Of a stretch of 64,000 nt of DNA, positions 1-11,350 are shown piece by piece. The stretch comes from Patescibacteria group bacterium UBA6164 (GTDB lineage: Bacteria > Patescibacteriota > Gracilibacteria > BD1-5 > UBA6164): positions 2,811-66,810 of the forward strand of contig DIUG01000068.1 in NCBI GenBank assembly GCA_002422305.1. Direction: 5' to 3'. Position numbers and translations under genes: made by a program. Within the stretch, counting starts at the first letter, position 1, and each line of letters starts with the position of its first letter. The notes beneath the pieces are model-generated. The model was not told where the DNA came from. It did not search any database and saw nothing but the letters and a program-made list of their open reading frames with translations.

Positions 1-90
1 TTTTTAAAAGCAGTCGTTCATTATGCTCTTAAAAGAGATGATTTAAAAGATGAGTTTAAAGATTATTTAAATAGTTTGGATTTAAAATAG
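1..90 (+). CDS. 3' end of an upstream gene (hypothetical protein, partial)
   Basis: Frame is open from the window edge (...FLKAVVHYALKRDDLKDEFKDYLNSLDLK) and ends at TAG 88-90. Confidence 0.4.
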   Translation, partial: FLKAVVHYALKRDDLKDEFKDYLNSLDLK

Positions 91-110
91 AGATGGATTA
101 AAATCTTAAT

Positions 111-533
111 ATGATTAACAAAAAAATAAATATGAATACATTTGCATGAAATATAACTCTAAAATGAAATAAAGTAATTAATTGAATAAATTTTGATTAT
201 GTAGAAAATTTTTCAAAAGATTGAAACAAGGTACTTTTTATTTTTTGAGATACTGAATTTGAATCATCTAATGAATTTATTCATGATATAAAAAATATAC
301 TTTGAGAAATATTAAATTATGATATATCAATTTCTAGTAAAGATAAAATAAATATTATATGAGATAGTTTTGAAGAATGAGTATATGAATTAGCTACATT
401 TGAATGAGAACAAATAGATTATGAAGAAATATTAGATAGATTTATAGATTTTGATTGAGTTATATCTGTTAGAGAATGAGAAATTTCAAATAAATTTTGA
501 AATAAAGTAGTGAAAGTAGATTTTGTTTATTAA
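111..533 (+). CDS. hypothetical protein (140 aa)
   Basis: ATG 111 to TAA 531-533. The frame is continuous only if about 12 in-frame TGA codons are read as sense. No recognisable domain. Confidence 0.55.
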
Positions 534-544
534 AAATTATTATT

Positions 545-1606
545 ATGGAATTATTTATACATATTTGAACAAATTTACAGTATTTTGATTTATTAAATAA
601 GTGAAAAATATTATCTCAATGAAAACAAGATAGGGAATTAGCTTCTTTTTTTATGGAAAATTTTCCATGAGAATTAGCAGAAAATATTTCTCCACAATAT
701 GAGGTGAATTTTATGGCAATCAGAGAAATAAAAAAAAGATTAGGACAAGATTATTTTAATAAAATATCATGAATATATTATTGAAGTGATAATTGTGAAT
801 ATTTGACACCTACAAAAATAGAGATAGATAAAGCTATACTCTATTTTAGAGAATTTAATAAAAATTTTCCACCACATAAAGTTAGAACCTTTACTTTTGT
901 TACACCTTATGTAGGTAACAAAATGATGGAAAGACTAGAAGAATCTTTAGAATATCTAAATTCTTTGAATATAAAAAATCCTATAGAAGTAGTTGTCAAT
1001 GATTTTTGAGTACTTAGGATTATTAATAAAAAATATACAAATTTAAAAATTATTTTTGGTAGATTAATACATAAGTTATTAAAGACCCCTCTTATAGATA
1101 CATATTGATATGAAGCTCATCCAGCTTGAGAATTGATAAAAAATAAATCTGAACAAGAAAAAATAAAAATTAAAAATGAAATAGTTAAATGGCAAATGAA
1201 GTTTTATTCTTCATCAGAAGTAAGTTTAGATATTTATAAAACTTTTTTAAAAAAACATTTAGTAGAAAGGGTTGCATTAGATTATATGGAAAAGAGAGAA
1301 GATTTATATAAAAATAATCAAATAGGAATAGATTTATATTATCCGTGGGCTTTAATTTTTACATGAAGACTTTGTGATACTAGTGCTATAGAAAATCCTA
1401 GTAGATGAATGTATGCTATTGATGATATATGTCCTAGAACTTGTGATAAATATGATGTTTCATATAAAATAAAAACTGTTTGATATAATATGATTCAAAG
1501 ATGAAATGCATGATATAGAAGTGAATTAAATTTAGATTATTTGAGTAATGAATTTATAAATAATGATAATAATAGATTTGTATTTGCTCCATTTATAACT
1601 GTTTAA
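545..1606 (+). CDS. hypothetical protein (353 aa), Cys-rich C-terminal part
   Basis: ATG 545 to TAA 1604-1606. It joins track ORFs 803..1009 and 1133..1366 (same frame) through TGA codons. I cannot assign a family. Confidence 0.6.
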
Positions 1607-1758
1607 TAATAGAGTTGTAGGGAAATAATTTCAAAATTAACCCTAACCTGAATCCTTTCCCTTAAATAAGGGCAAGGGGAACAATTGTAGCCTCTCTCCC
1701 TTAAAATAAGGGAGAGAATTTAATAGTGGGTTATTTCTCTACAAGTCTATTATTAAAC
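1601..1758. repeat. 28-bp imperfect inverted repeat enclosing two GC-rich hairpins (complex bidirectional terminator or MITE-like element)
   Basis: gtttaataatagagttgtagggaaataa (1601-1628) matches the reverse complement of 1731-1758 at 26/28 positions. Inside are the hairpins cccttaaataaggg and tctctcccttaaaataagggagaga, plus a taaccc/gggtta pairing. The element sits between convergent genes. Confidence 0.6.
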
Positions 1759-1765
1759 TTACTTT

Positions 1766-2623
1766 TTATTTTCTAATTTCTTTTTTATATTCTTCTTCAT
1801 CATAAATTAGATTAAATTTTCTAAGTAATTGAGTTCAAGAATCAGGTAGTACTACAAAAGAATTTTTTATTATAGCTTCTTTATTGTTTATTAGTGTATC
1901 AAGTAAGACTTTAGTGTAATTATTTAGATAATTATACTCTGATAAAAAGTGATTTATATATACTATGTATGTTCTAGCATAATAATACTCTTTTTTTAGG
2001 TCTAAATATGTATTTATATTTTCTAAACTTTCAGTAGATTTATTTGATCTAAAATCATTTTCTATTTTTTGTTTTAAAATTTCTATTTTTGAATCGGCAT
2101 TATTCATTGCAGTTTCAAAAATAGTTTTTTGTTCTACTAAATTTTTACTATTTTCTATTGATAAAACATATCTAAATTCTAATTGTTCTATAAAAGCATT
2201 TAATATTCTAGGTTTATCTAAGTTGGTATCAATCAATTGTTTTATATTAGTTTTTAGTATATTTCTATATTCTTCTATAACTAACATATTACTTCAAATT
2301 ATCTCATTATTTGCAATTTTTTGATCAGAAATTATTTCATTAATAGAAAAGATATCCTTATAAATAGTTACAGGAATGTCTTTTTTTTGTTTATATCTAA
2401 TTCAAATATTTGTACTAATTGCAACTCATGTTTTTCATAAAGTTGATGAATTAATTTTTTTAAAATTTGAATTATTTTCTTTTATTGTTATACTATCTTT
2501 GTTTGTATTGTCTATATTTTTATTTTTTGCATTTATCATATTATCTCATATGTTAAATACAATTACTATAAATGTACTTAAAAATAGAACTCTAATCAGA
2601 AAATTTTTAAATTGTTTTGACAT
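1766..2623 (-). CDS. hypothetical coiled-coil protein (285 aa)
   Basis: ATG at 2623 to TAA 1766-1768. Track ORF 1835..2287 is extended on both sides through TGA codons. Confidence 0.55.
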
Positions 2624-2673
2624 ATAAATGTTCGTTATTTTTAATATATTATTATTTTATCACAAAAATTCAA

Positions 2674-4548
2674 ATGATGAAAATTTTTTACATACTTTTT
2701 TTCTTTTTTTTATATTTTATGCATACTTTTGCATACAATGAAATAAAAATTATTTCTAGATCTCAATGGTGAGCAGATGAAAATATTAGATTTGTAGATT
2801 CTCCTGAATGGAAAAAAATATTAGAAGAAAGAGAAAAAATAGCTATAAAAAATAAAGATATTGTTTATACTCAAGCTCAGCTTGATGCACAAAAAATATC
2901 TCAAGATAGAAGAAATAAGATAAATGAATTATTTAATAAATATTCTTATCAAACTGAAATAAGTAATAAAATTACTCATGAAAATGGTAGAAAGTTATTT
3001 TGGCCAATAGAAAAGGCAAAAAAAATATGATGAATAGTTATTCATCATACTGGAACAGATTATGAGACTTCATTAGAATGAGTTAGAAATATTTATAAAT
3101 ATCATACATTGACTAATGGTTGGTGAGATATATGATATAATTATATTATATGAAAAGATGGTGAAATATATGAATGAAGAGCTTGATGAGATTATGTTGT
3201 ATGAGCTCATAATAAATATAATAATATTTGAACTGTATGAATATCAATAATATGAAATTATACAGAAAAGCCTATAAATTCAAAACAGTATGAATCGTTA
3301 AAATCACTTACTTCACATTTAATTAAAAAATATGATATAGATTTAACAAAAAAAATGTATTATCATAAAGAGTGTGTAGGTCGTAATTGTGAATTACCAT
3401 TAATAACAGAAAGTAATGATTTTTTAATATGACATAGAGATGCTTGACATACTGATTGTCCTTGAGAAGAATTATATAAACAAATACAAAATATAAAAAC
3501 TGATTTATTAAAACAAAAATCTTTTGTATCAAGTTGAAATTTATATAAAAAAAATATTTTTAAAACTTTAGAAAAAATACCAGATGATAAATTAATTGAT
3601 ATATTAGCAAATATAGAAATGCAATTAGATATAAAAAAAGATTCAAGTAAATTGAATTTAAAATTATTAATAATTGATTATTTTAAGGAAAGAAAAAATA
3701 CAAAAAATACTATAGTAAATAAAAAAGAAGAAATTATAGATATAAAATTATCATATCCTAATAATGATAATATAAAAATAAAGACAGGAAATATTACAAT
3801 TGATATTAGTAGAGAATGAAATGACTTATATTTGAAATGAAAAAAATTTAATACATTAAAAATTCCTAAAAAAGATCAGGAATCTATTTTAGAAATAATT
3901 TCTTGGGAAAGAATTCCATTATGGGATAAACAAAAAAGATATAATGATAATAAATTTAGATGAGATTTAATCTTATATGTAAAAGATGAAAAGTTGGTAG
4001 TTATTAATAGAATAAATGTAGAAGATTATTTAAAATGATTATGAGAGGTAAGTGATTATGAAACTCCAGAAAAAATAAAAGCTATAATTATTGCAGCTAG
4101 AAGTTATGCAATTTGGTATAAGACAAAAGATAGAAAATTCCCATGAGAAGATTATGATTGAATAGATGATCCAGAAGTTTTTCAAAGATATCTTTGATAT
4201 GGTTTAGAAGCTAGAAGTCCAAATATAAATAAAGTTGTTGATGAAACAAAATGACAAATAATTACATATAAATGAGAAATAATTAAACCATGGTATTTTA
4301 GTACTAGTAATTGAAAAACATTAAGTTATTATGAATATTGTAGATTAAAATATTCAGATGCAATTTGTAGTAAAGAAGCTAAAAAATACCCATATTTACA
4401 ATCGGTTTATGATATATGAAGTAAATGACAACAATCTGCATGACATTGAGTTTGAATTTCTTGAGCTTGAGTTAAATATTTTGCTGATAAATGATGGACA
4501 TTTGATATGATAATAAAATATTATTTAAAATGAGTTGATGTATTATAA
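2674..4548 (+). CDS. secreted N-acetylmuramoyl-L-alanine amidase (amidase_2/PGRP) fused to a SpoIID/LytB domain
   Basis: N-terminal signal-like MMKIFYILFFFFLYFMHTFA. Amidase_2 motifs IVIHHTGTDYETS...[36 protein letters not shown]. C-terminal SpoIID-like block EDYLKGLGEVSDYETPEKIKAIIIAARSYAIWY...GHGVGISGAGVKYFADKGW. Track ORF 3619..3819 is in the same frame. Confidence 0.8.
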
Positions 4549-4555
4549 AAAAGTA

Positions 4556-6688
4556 ATGAAAAAAATATTCAAATTAAAATCTAAATATTCTCCTAGTATT
4601 GATCAATTTAAAGCTATTGACACTATTACAAATTATATAAATGATTGACATAAAATTCAAACACTTTGGTGAGTTACTTGAAGTGGTAAAACTTTTACAA
4701 TGGCAAATGTAATAGAAAAAATAAATAAACCAACATTAATAATAGCTCATAATAAAACTTTAGCTGCTCAATTAGCTCAAGAATTTAAAGAATTTTTTCC
4801 AGAAAATTCAGTACATTATTTTGTATCATATTATGATTATTATCAACCTGAAGCATATGTAGCAAAAACTGATACTTATATAGAAAAAGAAGCAACAATA
4901 AATGAAGAAATAGATAGACTTAGACATGCAGCTACTCAAGATTTATTAACCAGAAAAGATGTAATAATAGTTGCTTCTGTATCTTGTATTTATGGTATAT
5001 GAGATATAGATTTATATACTGAACAAGTTTTTGATATAGTAGTTTGAAAAGAATATAAAATCGATGAATTATTAAAAAAATTAGTTTCTCTTCAGTACAG
5101 AAGATCTGCTAGTGATTTTAAACCTTGAATGGTTACAGTTAAGTGAGATATTTTAGAAATATTTCCTTCTAGTAGTGAGACAGTTATTACGATAGAATTT
5201 TGGTGAGATGAAGTAAGTCAAATAACTAGTAGAAATTATTTAACGGGAGATATTTATGAATATTTAAAAAATATAACTATTTTTCCAGCAAAACATACTG
5301 TAACTACAAAATGAAGAATAGAAGAAATAATTCCAGAAATAAAAAAAGAATTAGAAGATAGATTAAAATATTTTAAAGATGAATTATGAGATTTATTAAA
5401 ATATGAAAGACTTAAAACAAAAGTAGAATATGATTTAGAAATGATGCAAGAAGTTTGATATGTAAATGGTATAGAAAATTATTCTAGATATTTAGATGGT
5501 AGAAATGATTGAGATGCACCTGCAACTTTGATAGATTATTTTTGAGATGATTTTTTATGTTTAGTTGATGAATCGCATATGACTTTTTCTCAAATATGAT
5601 GAATGTATGCATGAGATAGGGCTAGAAAAATAAATTTAGTAGAAAATGGTTTTAGATTGCCGAGTGCTATAGATAATAGACCACTTAAATTTAATGAATT
5701 TGAAGCAAAAATGAAAAATATAGTAGCAGTTTCAGCTACTCCAGGTAAATATGAAATAGAACTTTCATGTACAAATCCTGAAAAATTTTTTGATTTCGAT
5801 CCTATAAAAGATTGAATTTGGGAATCTACACCTGATTGTAGAATAGTTCCTCAAATGATGAGACCTACTTGATTGCTTGATCCAGAAATAGTTTTAAAAC
5901 CTATGGAATTTATGATAGATGATATAATGAAAAACATAACTGATGTAGTAGAAAAAAATGAAAGAATACTTATAACAACTATTACAAAAAGATCAAGTGA
6001 AGAATTAACAGAATATTTATTAGATAATTGAGTGAAAGTAAAATATTTACATAGTGAAATAGAAACACTTGAAAGATTAGAAACATTGAAAGAATTAAGA
6101 GAATGAAAAATAGATGTAATAGTAGGAGTAAATTTACTTAGAGAATGACTTGATTTGCCAGAAGTAAGTAAAATATGTATATTAGATGCAGATAAACAAG
6201 GTTTTTTAAGATCAGTATCATCTCTTATTCAAATAATATGAAGAGCAGCTAGAAATGAAAATTGAATTGTTTATATGTATAGTGAACATTATAAAAAATT
6301 AGAAAATTTGGAATTAGTAGAAAATAATATTTATCTTTGAAAACTTTATAGAGTAGATAAAGCTAAATTGATTAATGAAAATTGATTAGTGATCTCTGAA
6401 GCTATGAAAAAAGCTATAAATTTAACTTATTATAGAAGAAATTTACAAGATAAATTTAATAAAGAAAATAATATAACTCCAAAAACGGTTTTTAGTGATA
6501 TAAAAGATATGTGACTAAAATCAAATAAAACAAAAAGAAGTTATTCTGTTTTAGAAAAAAAAGATATATTAAAGGAAATAACTAAGCTAGAATTAGAAAT
6601 GGATATAGCATCAGCAAATATGGAGTATGAAAAAGCAGCAGAATTAAGAGATGCTATTTTTTCACTAAAAAAAACTAAAAATAAATAA
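4556..6688 (+). CDS. uvrB: excinuclease ABC subunit B
   Basis: Walker A L-W-G-V-T-G-S-G-K-T, with TGA at 4670-4672 and 4679-4681 encoding both Gly residues. Also [34 protein letters not shown], and a C-terminal UVR motif ([11 protein letters not shown]). Contains track ORF 4700..5002. Confidence 0.95.
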
Positions 6689-6696
6689 AAAAAATT

Positions 6697-7536
6697 ATGT
6701 GTAGAATACTATTTTTAAAATGAACTAATAAAAAAAAAGCATTAGATTATATTGATGCTTTTTATAAAGCATGATTTGATGATCCTCATTTATGTAATGT
6801 TATCAAATCTTTAAATATTAAAAATATTAAAAATCAACATCTTCATTGATGGGGCTATTTATTAGTAACAAAAGATAATATTAATACTTATTTGAGTTGA
6901 GAGGCATTTTTTAATGATGAATTTGGTTTTGAAAATCTAAAAAATCAAATTTATAATATTTCATGAGAATTTTTATTAATGTCTGAACTAAGATTAACTG
7001 ATGAATGACATATAAGTTCTATAAATTCGCATCCTTTTTTCTTTTCTACATATAATTGATATGAGTGATGGTTTTTTTATAATTGACTTTTAGATCATGA
7101 AAAATTGGCTTTGTTAGACTGATTTGATTATAAAAACTTTGTAAGAAAAAATGGAACAACAATTATATGTCATTCAATATCTAAAGAGTTAGAAAAATGA
7201 TCAACTGTAAAAGAATCATTACTTAAACCAGTAAAAGCTGTAAAAAGTGGTTATAATATTATGTGTTTTTTAAATGATAATAATTGAAATTTTAAGGCAT
7301 ATATAAATGCATATTGTAAAGAAAAAATTTTAGAAAATTTAAATCATATGGAATACTCTAAACTTATAAAAAAATATGATGATGATTTATTTTTTGTATG
7401 ATCAAATGCTATATGAGTTTATAAAAAAGATAATTATATTGTTATGGAAAATTGAGAATTTTTAGAATTTGATATAAATTTTATAAATGAATATTATTTT
7501 AATTGATATGATGAGGGGATGGAGATGAATATATAA
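6697..7536 (+). CDS. class II (Ntn) glutamine amidotransferase-like protein, YafJ-type
   Basis: Starts M-C-R (nucleophile Cys2). Has HLHGWGYLL and SHPFFF...YNGLL motifs. Ends at TAA 7534-7536. Confidence 0.6.
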
Positions 7537-7541
7537 AAAAA

Positions 7542-7565
7542 ATCAAGCATTTTGCTTGATTTTTT
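7542..7565. terminator. bidirectional rho-independent terminator
   Basis: Hairpin atcaagc-atttt-gcttgat, with an A-run upstream and a T-run downstream, lying between convergent genes. Confidence 0.7.
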
Positions 7566-7800
7566 AGTATCAACTTATTCATTCAGTATCACAATTTTCT
7601 GGATCATCTATACATTTATTTATAGCAGTAGTTCTAACAGCTCTATTTGTAGCAAATTTATTTACTACTCAAAAAGTTTCTTTTGTAACTGTTGATATAG
7701 TGCTTCAAAAAACAGGTACATAAGATGTAGCATATTCTAATCATTCTCATAATAGTATACTTCATTTTAATACTTCTACTTTTCAAGCATCTAGTTTTCA
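7564..7800 (-). other. 78-codon open frame continuing in frame directly after the TAA of the lipoprotein gene, with no ATG/GTG/TTG start
   Basis: The frame GKLDAGKVEVLKGSILLGEGLEYATSYVPVFGSTISTVTKETFGVVNKFATNRAVRTTAINKCIDDPENCDTEGISGY is stop-free. That is unlikely by chance at this AT content. It ends at TAA 7564-7566. Confidence 0.4.
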
Positions 7801-8769
7801 TTATTTTCATAATTGTTCGATTTTATCTATTTTATCTTGTATGTCTTTCATTTTTTCATAAGCAGCTTTTAATTTTTCATATTTTTCATTAGCATTTTCA
7901 TACATTTTACTTCATTTATCATATGTTTCTTTTAATCATTCCATTTTAGATAGCATATATTTCATATTAGCTCATGATCTATTATATGCTTCTTCTAATA
8001 TTTTTTCTTGTGCTTCATCCAAAATAGCATCTTTTTTATCATTTACCATATCTACTAGTGTATTTTTTACTGTATCTACAAGTGTATTAGCATTTTCATC
8101 TAATTCTTTTGCTGTTTTTTCTGTTTCAGTAATATTTTTTAGTCCTTCTAATTGAGCTAAAATATCATCTTGATGTTTAGATCTATATGATGAATAGTTG
8201 TGAGCTATAGATTGTTTTAAGTCTTCATCATATATAAATTGTAATATTTCATCTTTTTTCTTTGTATAATATGCTGATTTTTCTGTTTCAGGTAATTTAT
8301 TAAAAGTATCTTTAAGCTTTATTTCTAAATCTTTTTTTTGTTTTAATAATTCGCTTGTTTCAGATCATATAGAAGTATTTAATTTTGAATTTATTTCTTC
8401 TAATTGTTCATCAACTGTTTTTACAACTTTAGTTCTAGTTTCTCATTGACATTCTTCTTTTGTATATGACATTAATCATCATTTTACATTATTACAAATA
8501 GATTCATCTCAAGTATTTATAGCTATTTGCATATAACATTTATCTTTTGGTGGATTTGATCAAGAATCTTTAAAAGCTGTTCATTTTATATTTTCACAAG
8601 CACTTGGTGAAGATGATTGTATTGCAACAAATTGAGAGCAATGATCTGAGTCTGGTACTAATTCACATACCATTCATCATATACTTTCTAAAAAACTACA
8701 TGAAGATAAAAATAGAACTGATAATAATGAAATAGTAATTATTTTAAAATTTGATTTTAAATTTTTCAT
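7801..8769 (-). CDS. lipoprotein with long coiled-coil region (322 aa)
   Basis: N-terminus MKNLKSNFKIITISLLSVLFLSSC has a lipobox L-S-S-C. Ends at TAA 7801-7803. Confidence 0.7.
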
Positions 8770-8790
8770 AAATCTAATTTATAGTATAAA

Positions 8791-9234
8791 TTATTTTTCA
8801 ATTTTTATTTTTTTAAATGAAAGTAATACAATTAATAAAAGTGTTATAATAGAACTTCCGATCAATGGAATAGAAAAGGTTTCAATTATTAATCTAGCAA
8901 AATCTGCAATTCTAGATTCAAAATACATAAAATCAATTCATAAAAATAAGAAAAAACCATAAGTCATAAGATATATTATAATCGTAACAGTCAAAAAATT
9001 TAGTCTTAAAATATATTTTATAAATATTAATAAATATATTATAAAAAGGCTTAGAAATCATAAAATAATAGGAGAAAACATAGTATATTTTAGATATATA
9101 TCTTTGTATTTTAAATCTGATATATTAGGTTCCTGGTTGAAGTATTTGAGTAATAATAAGTAAAAAGTAATTCAAAATATTACACTTACAATAATAGGTG
9201 TATTTTTTAGTTCAATCAATCTTTTATTTTCCAT
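8791..9234 (-). CDS. small multi-pass membrane protein (147 aa)
   Basis: ATG at 9234 to TAA 8791-8793. Contains several hydrophobic stretches. Confidence 0.55.
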
Positions 9235-9371
9235 AATTTAATAATTAAGAAATAAGAATTTATAAACATATATTATTATATAACTTTTTTATAGAAATCA
9301 ATAGATTTTCGTAGAAAGTATAATACATTTTTGTCTTTACTTTTTTTATTATTTAAGTACAATGTTTTTAC

Positions 9372-9817
9372 GGGGTTAATCTTGGTTTCTATCGGGAGAA
9401 TTGCTCGGGTTATATGCTATCTGGGAGGTGTTTATGACTTCCATAATCAATCATAAACAAGCATAAATGCAAAAAACAGAATCGCAGGTGGTTTAGCATC
9501 TTTTAAAAAAATACTAACTCCATCTTTAGTTATTGCCTAAGCATTAACTAGTAGTCTTCGCTAAGTCGATGAGCACCGTTTGGTCTACTACAAAGTCTAT
9601 AAAAATCCCCACTCTTGGAGTTTTACAGACTTATAAAAAAGAGTTTTTATTGAAACGGTTTTGATTTAATCTTGTTTCTTTAAAATATTAATAGATTAGA
9701 TTTTTATGTGTAATTTTTGTTTGTAATTTATACACATGAATATCAAAACAAACTATGATAGTAGATGTGTTTCTTTAGCCTTCCGAGACGTGAGTTCGAA
9801 TCTCACTAGCTCCACCA
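9372..9817 (+). ncRNA. ssrA: tmRNA (transfer-messenger RNA)
   Basis: 5' GGGGTTAATCTTGGTTTCTATCGGGAG and 3' GAGACGTGAGTTCGAATCTCACTAGCTCCACCA give a T-arm, an acceptor stem with a G3:U pair, and CCA. Candidate tag ORF at 9469-9540: AKNRIAGGLASFKKILTPSLVIA followed by TAA. Confidence 0.9.
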
Positions 9818-11350
9818 TATTGCAAAATTAGTATTTTTGATAAAATTGAAAGGTGTTTTTAGTTGATAACTAAGCACTTTTTTATTGCTTATTTTTAGGT
9901 TCTCAACTATGTGAAAAAAATGGTTAAACAATTGAGAACTTTTTTCTTCTAAATCTTTACTTTTTGTCTTATCTAAAAGGAAATCTAAGTATTTAATAAA
10001 ATCTATTATTTTTTTAAATACTTTTTTTGATTCTTCTTGATTTTGTAAAAATTTATTTTCATTAGTTAATTTTGTTATTTCCTCATCTATGTAAGTAGAT
10101 GACTTTTCTAAAATACTTTTTGTTATTTTACTTTCAATAAATGATTGAGTTAATTCTTCATTCTTTTTATTTAATTCTTCTATTTTTTTTATATTTTTCA
10201 TTATTATCAGTTTCTTTTCCTTATCTCAAATAGAGTATTCTTTATTTAATTTTTCAATACTTTTCTGTATAAAATCTTTACTTGGAAGAAATGATAAAAA
10301 TATTTGTTCAATTTCTTTTTCGATAAGATTCAAATTAGTATAAGGTTCATTACATTTATAAGTAAATACTGAATTTAATTGCTTAGGACATTTTAAATAT
10401 TTATTTAGTTTTTTATCATCTCTAAGCATCAATCTTCAACAACTACACTGAAAAGTTTTTGGTATTCAGGTTCTACTATAAACAAAACCTCATCTTCTGT
10501 CTTTTTGTTTTTTTATTTCCTGACATTTATTAAATAATTCTTCTGTAATTATTGGATACACAAAATTAAGATCATATTCTTCTTCATGTCTTCAAGGTTT
10601 TTCGACTCACCAGAAGATATATTCTTCTTTTGATAAATTCCAAACTTTCACTCTTTTTCATGTATATGTTTTAGTGTTTAAAATTACCTCCATTAGTCTT
10701 GTACTAATTTTTTTGTAATAATCCTCATCTCATTTTAAACCACTTTTTATTTTCTGAGTTAGACTTTTATTTCAGTACAATCATGTAGAATAAAGTTTAA
10801 AGATTTTTTGAACAATTTTTGCTTTGTCTCAGTCTTTTATGTAAGTTCAATTTATTCTTTTGTATCCAAAAGGTGTATTTCATCAAATATCTCAACCATT
10901 TTGTAGTTTTTTTCTGATTCAGAGTTTAATTCTGAAAGATAATTCTTCACTATATAATACACTTCTATTTTGTATATCTCTAATCATATATCTTCACATA
11001 TAACTATTTAACAATGGTTCAGATATAGATATTATATTAATATTTTTCTCTGTGATTAATTGGTCAATTAATACAAAATCATTTATGTTCCTACTTACTC
11101 TATCCCACTTAAATACAACAATTCATTGTAAATTTTTCTCTTTTTTTATAAATTGAATCATTTCATTAAAGATAGGTCTTGTTCATTTGTAAGCACTGTT
11201 TTCTTCTTTGTAAATTTTTACCAATTCAAAATCATGTTCAGAACAATATTTTTGAATTTGGTCTATTTGCGAGGGAATTGATATATTTCTCTCTTTTTGT
11301 TCCCATGAACTAACGCGAGCAAGAGCTACGTATTTTTTTCTTTCATTCAT
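9806..11350 (-). CDS. large serine recombinase (514 aa)
   Basis: N-terminal resolvase motif MNERKKYVALARVSSWEQ...VVFKWDRVSRN, a recombinase domain, a Cys-rich zinc-ribbon (CSCGRL...KCPKQ) and a coiled-coil tail. The last codons ata-tgg-tgg-agc-TAG are the reverse complement of the tmRNA 3' end. Joins track ORFs 10226..10432 and 9806..10201. Confidence 0.85.

Noticed and set aside
545-1606. Assignment of this gene to the peptidase U32 family
   Set aside because: There is only a vague resemblance in layout and a Cys-rich C-terminal patch. The U32 signature (ExF..G[SA].C....G.C..S) is not present, so the gene is left as hypothetical.
2376-2627. Plus-strand track ORF (83 aa, very hydrophobic)
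   Set aside because: It is the antisense shadow of minus-strand gene 1766..2623. Its composition is typical of a reverse-frame artefact in AT-rich DNA.
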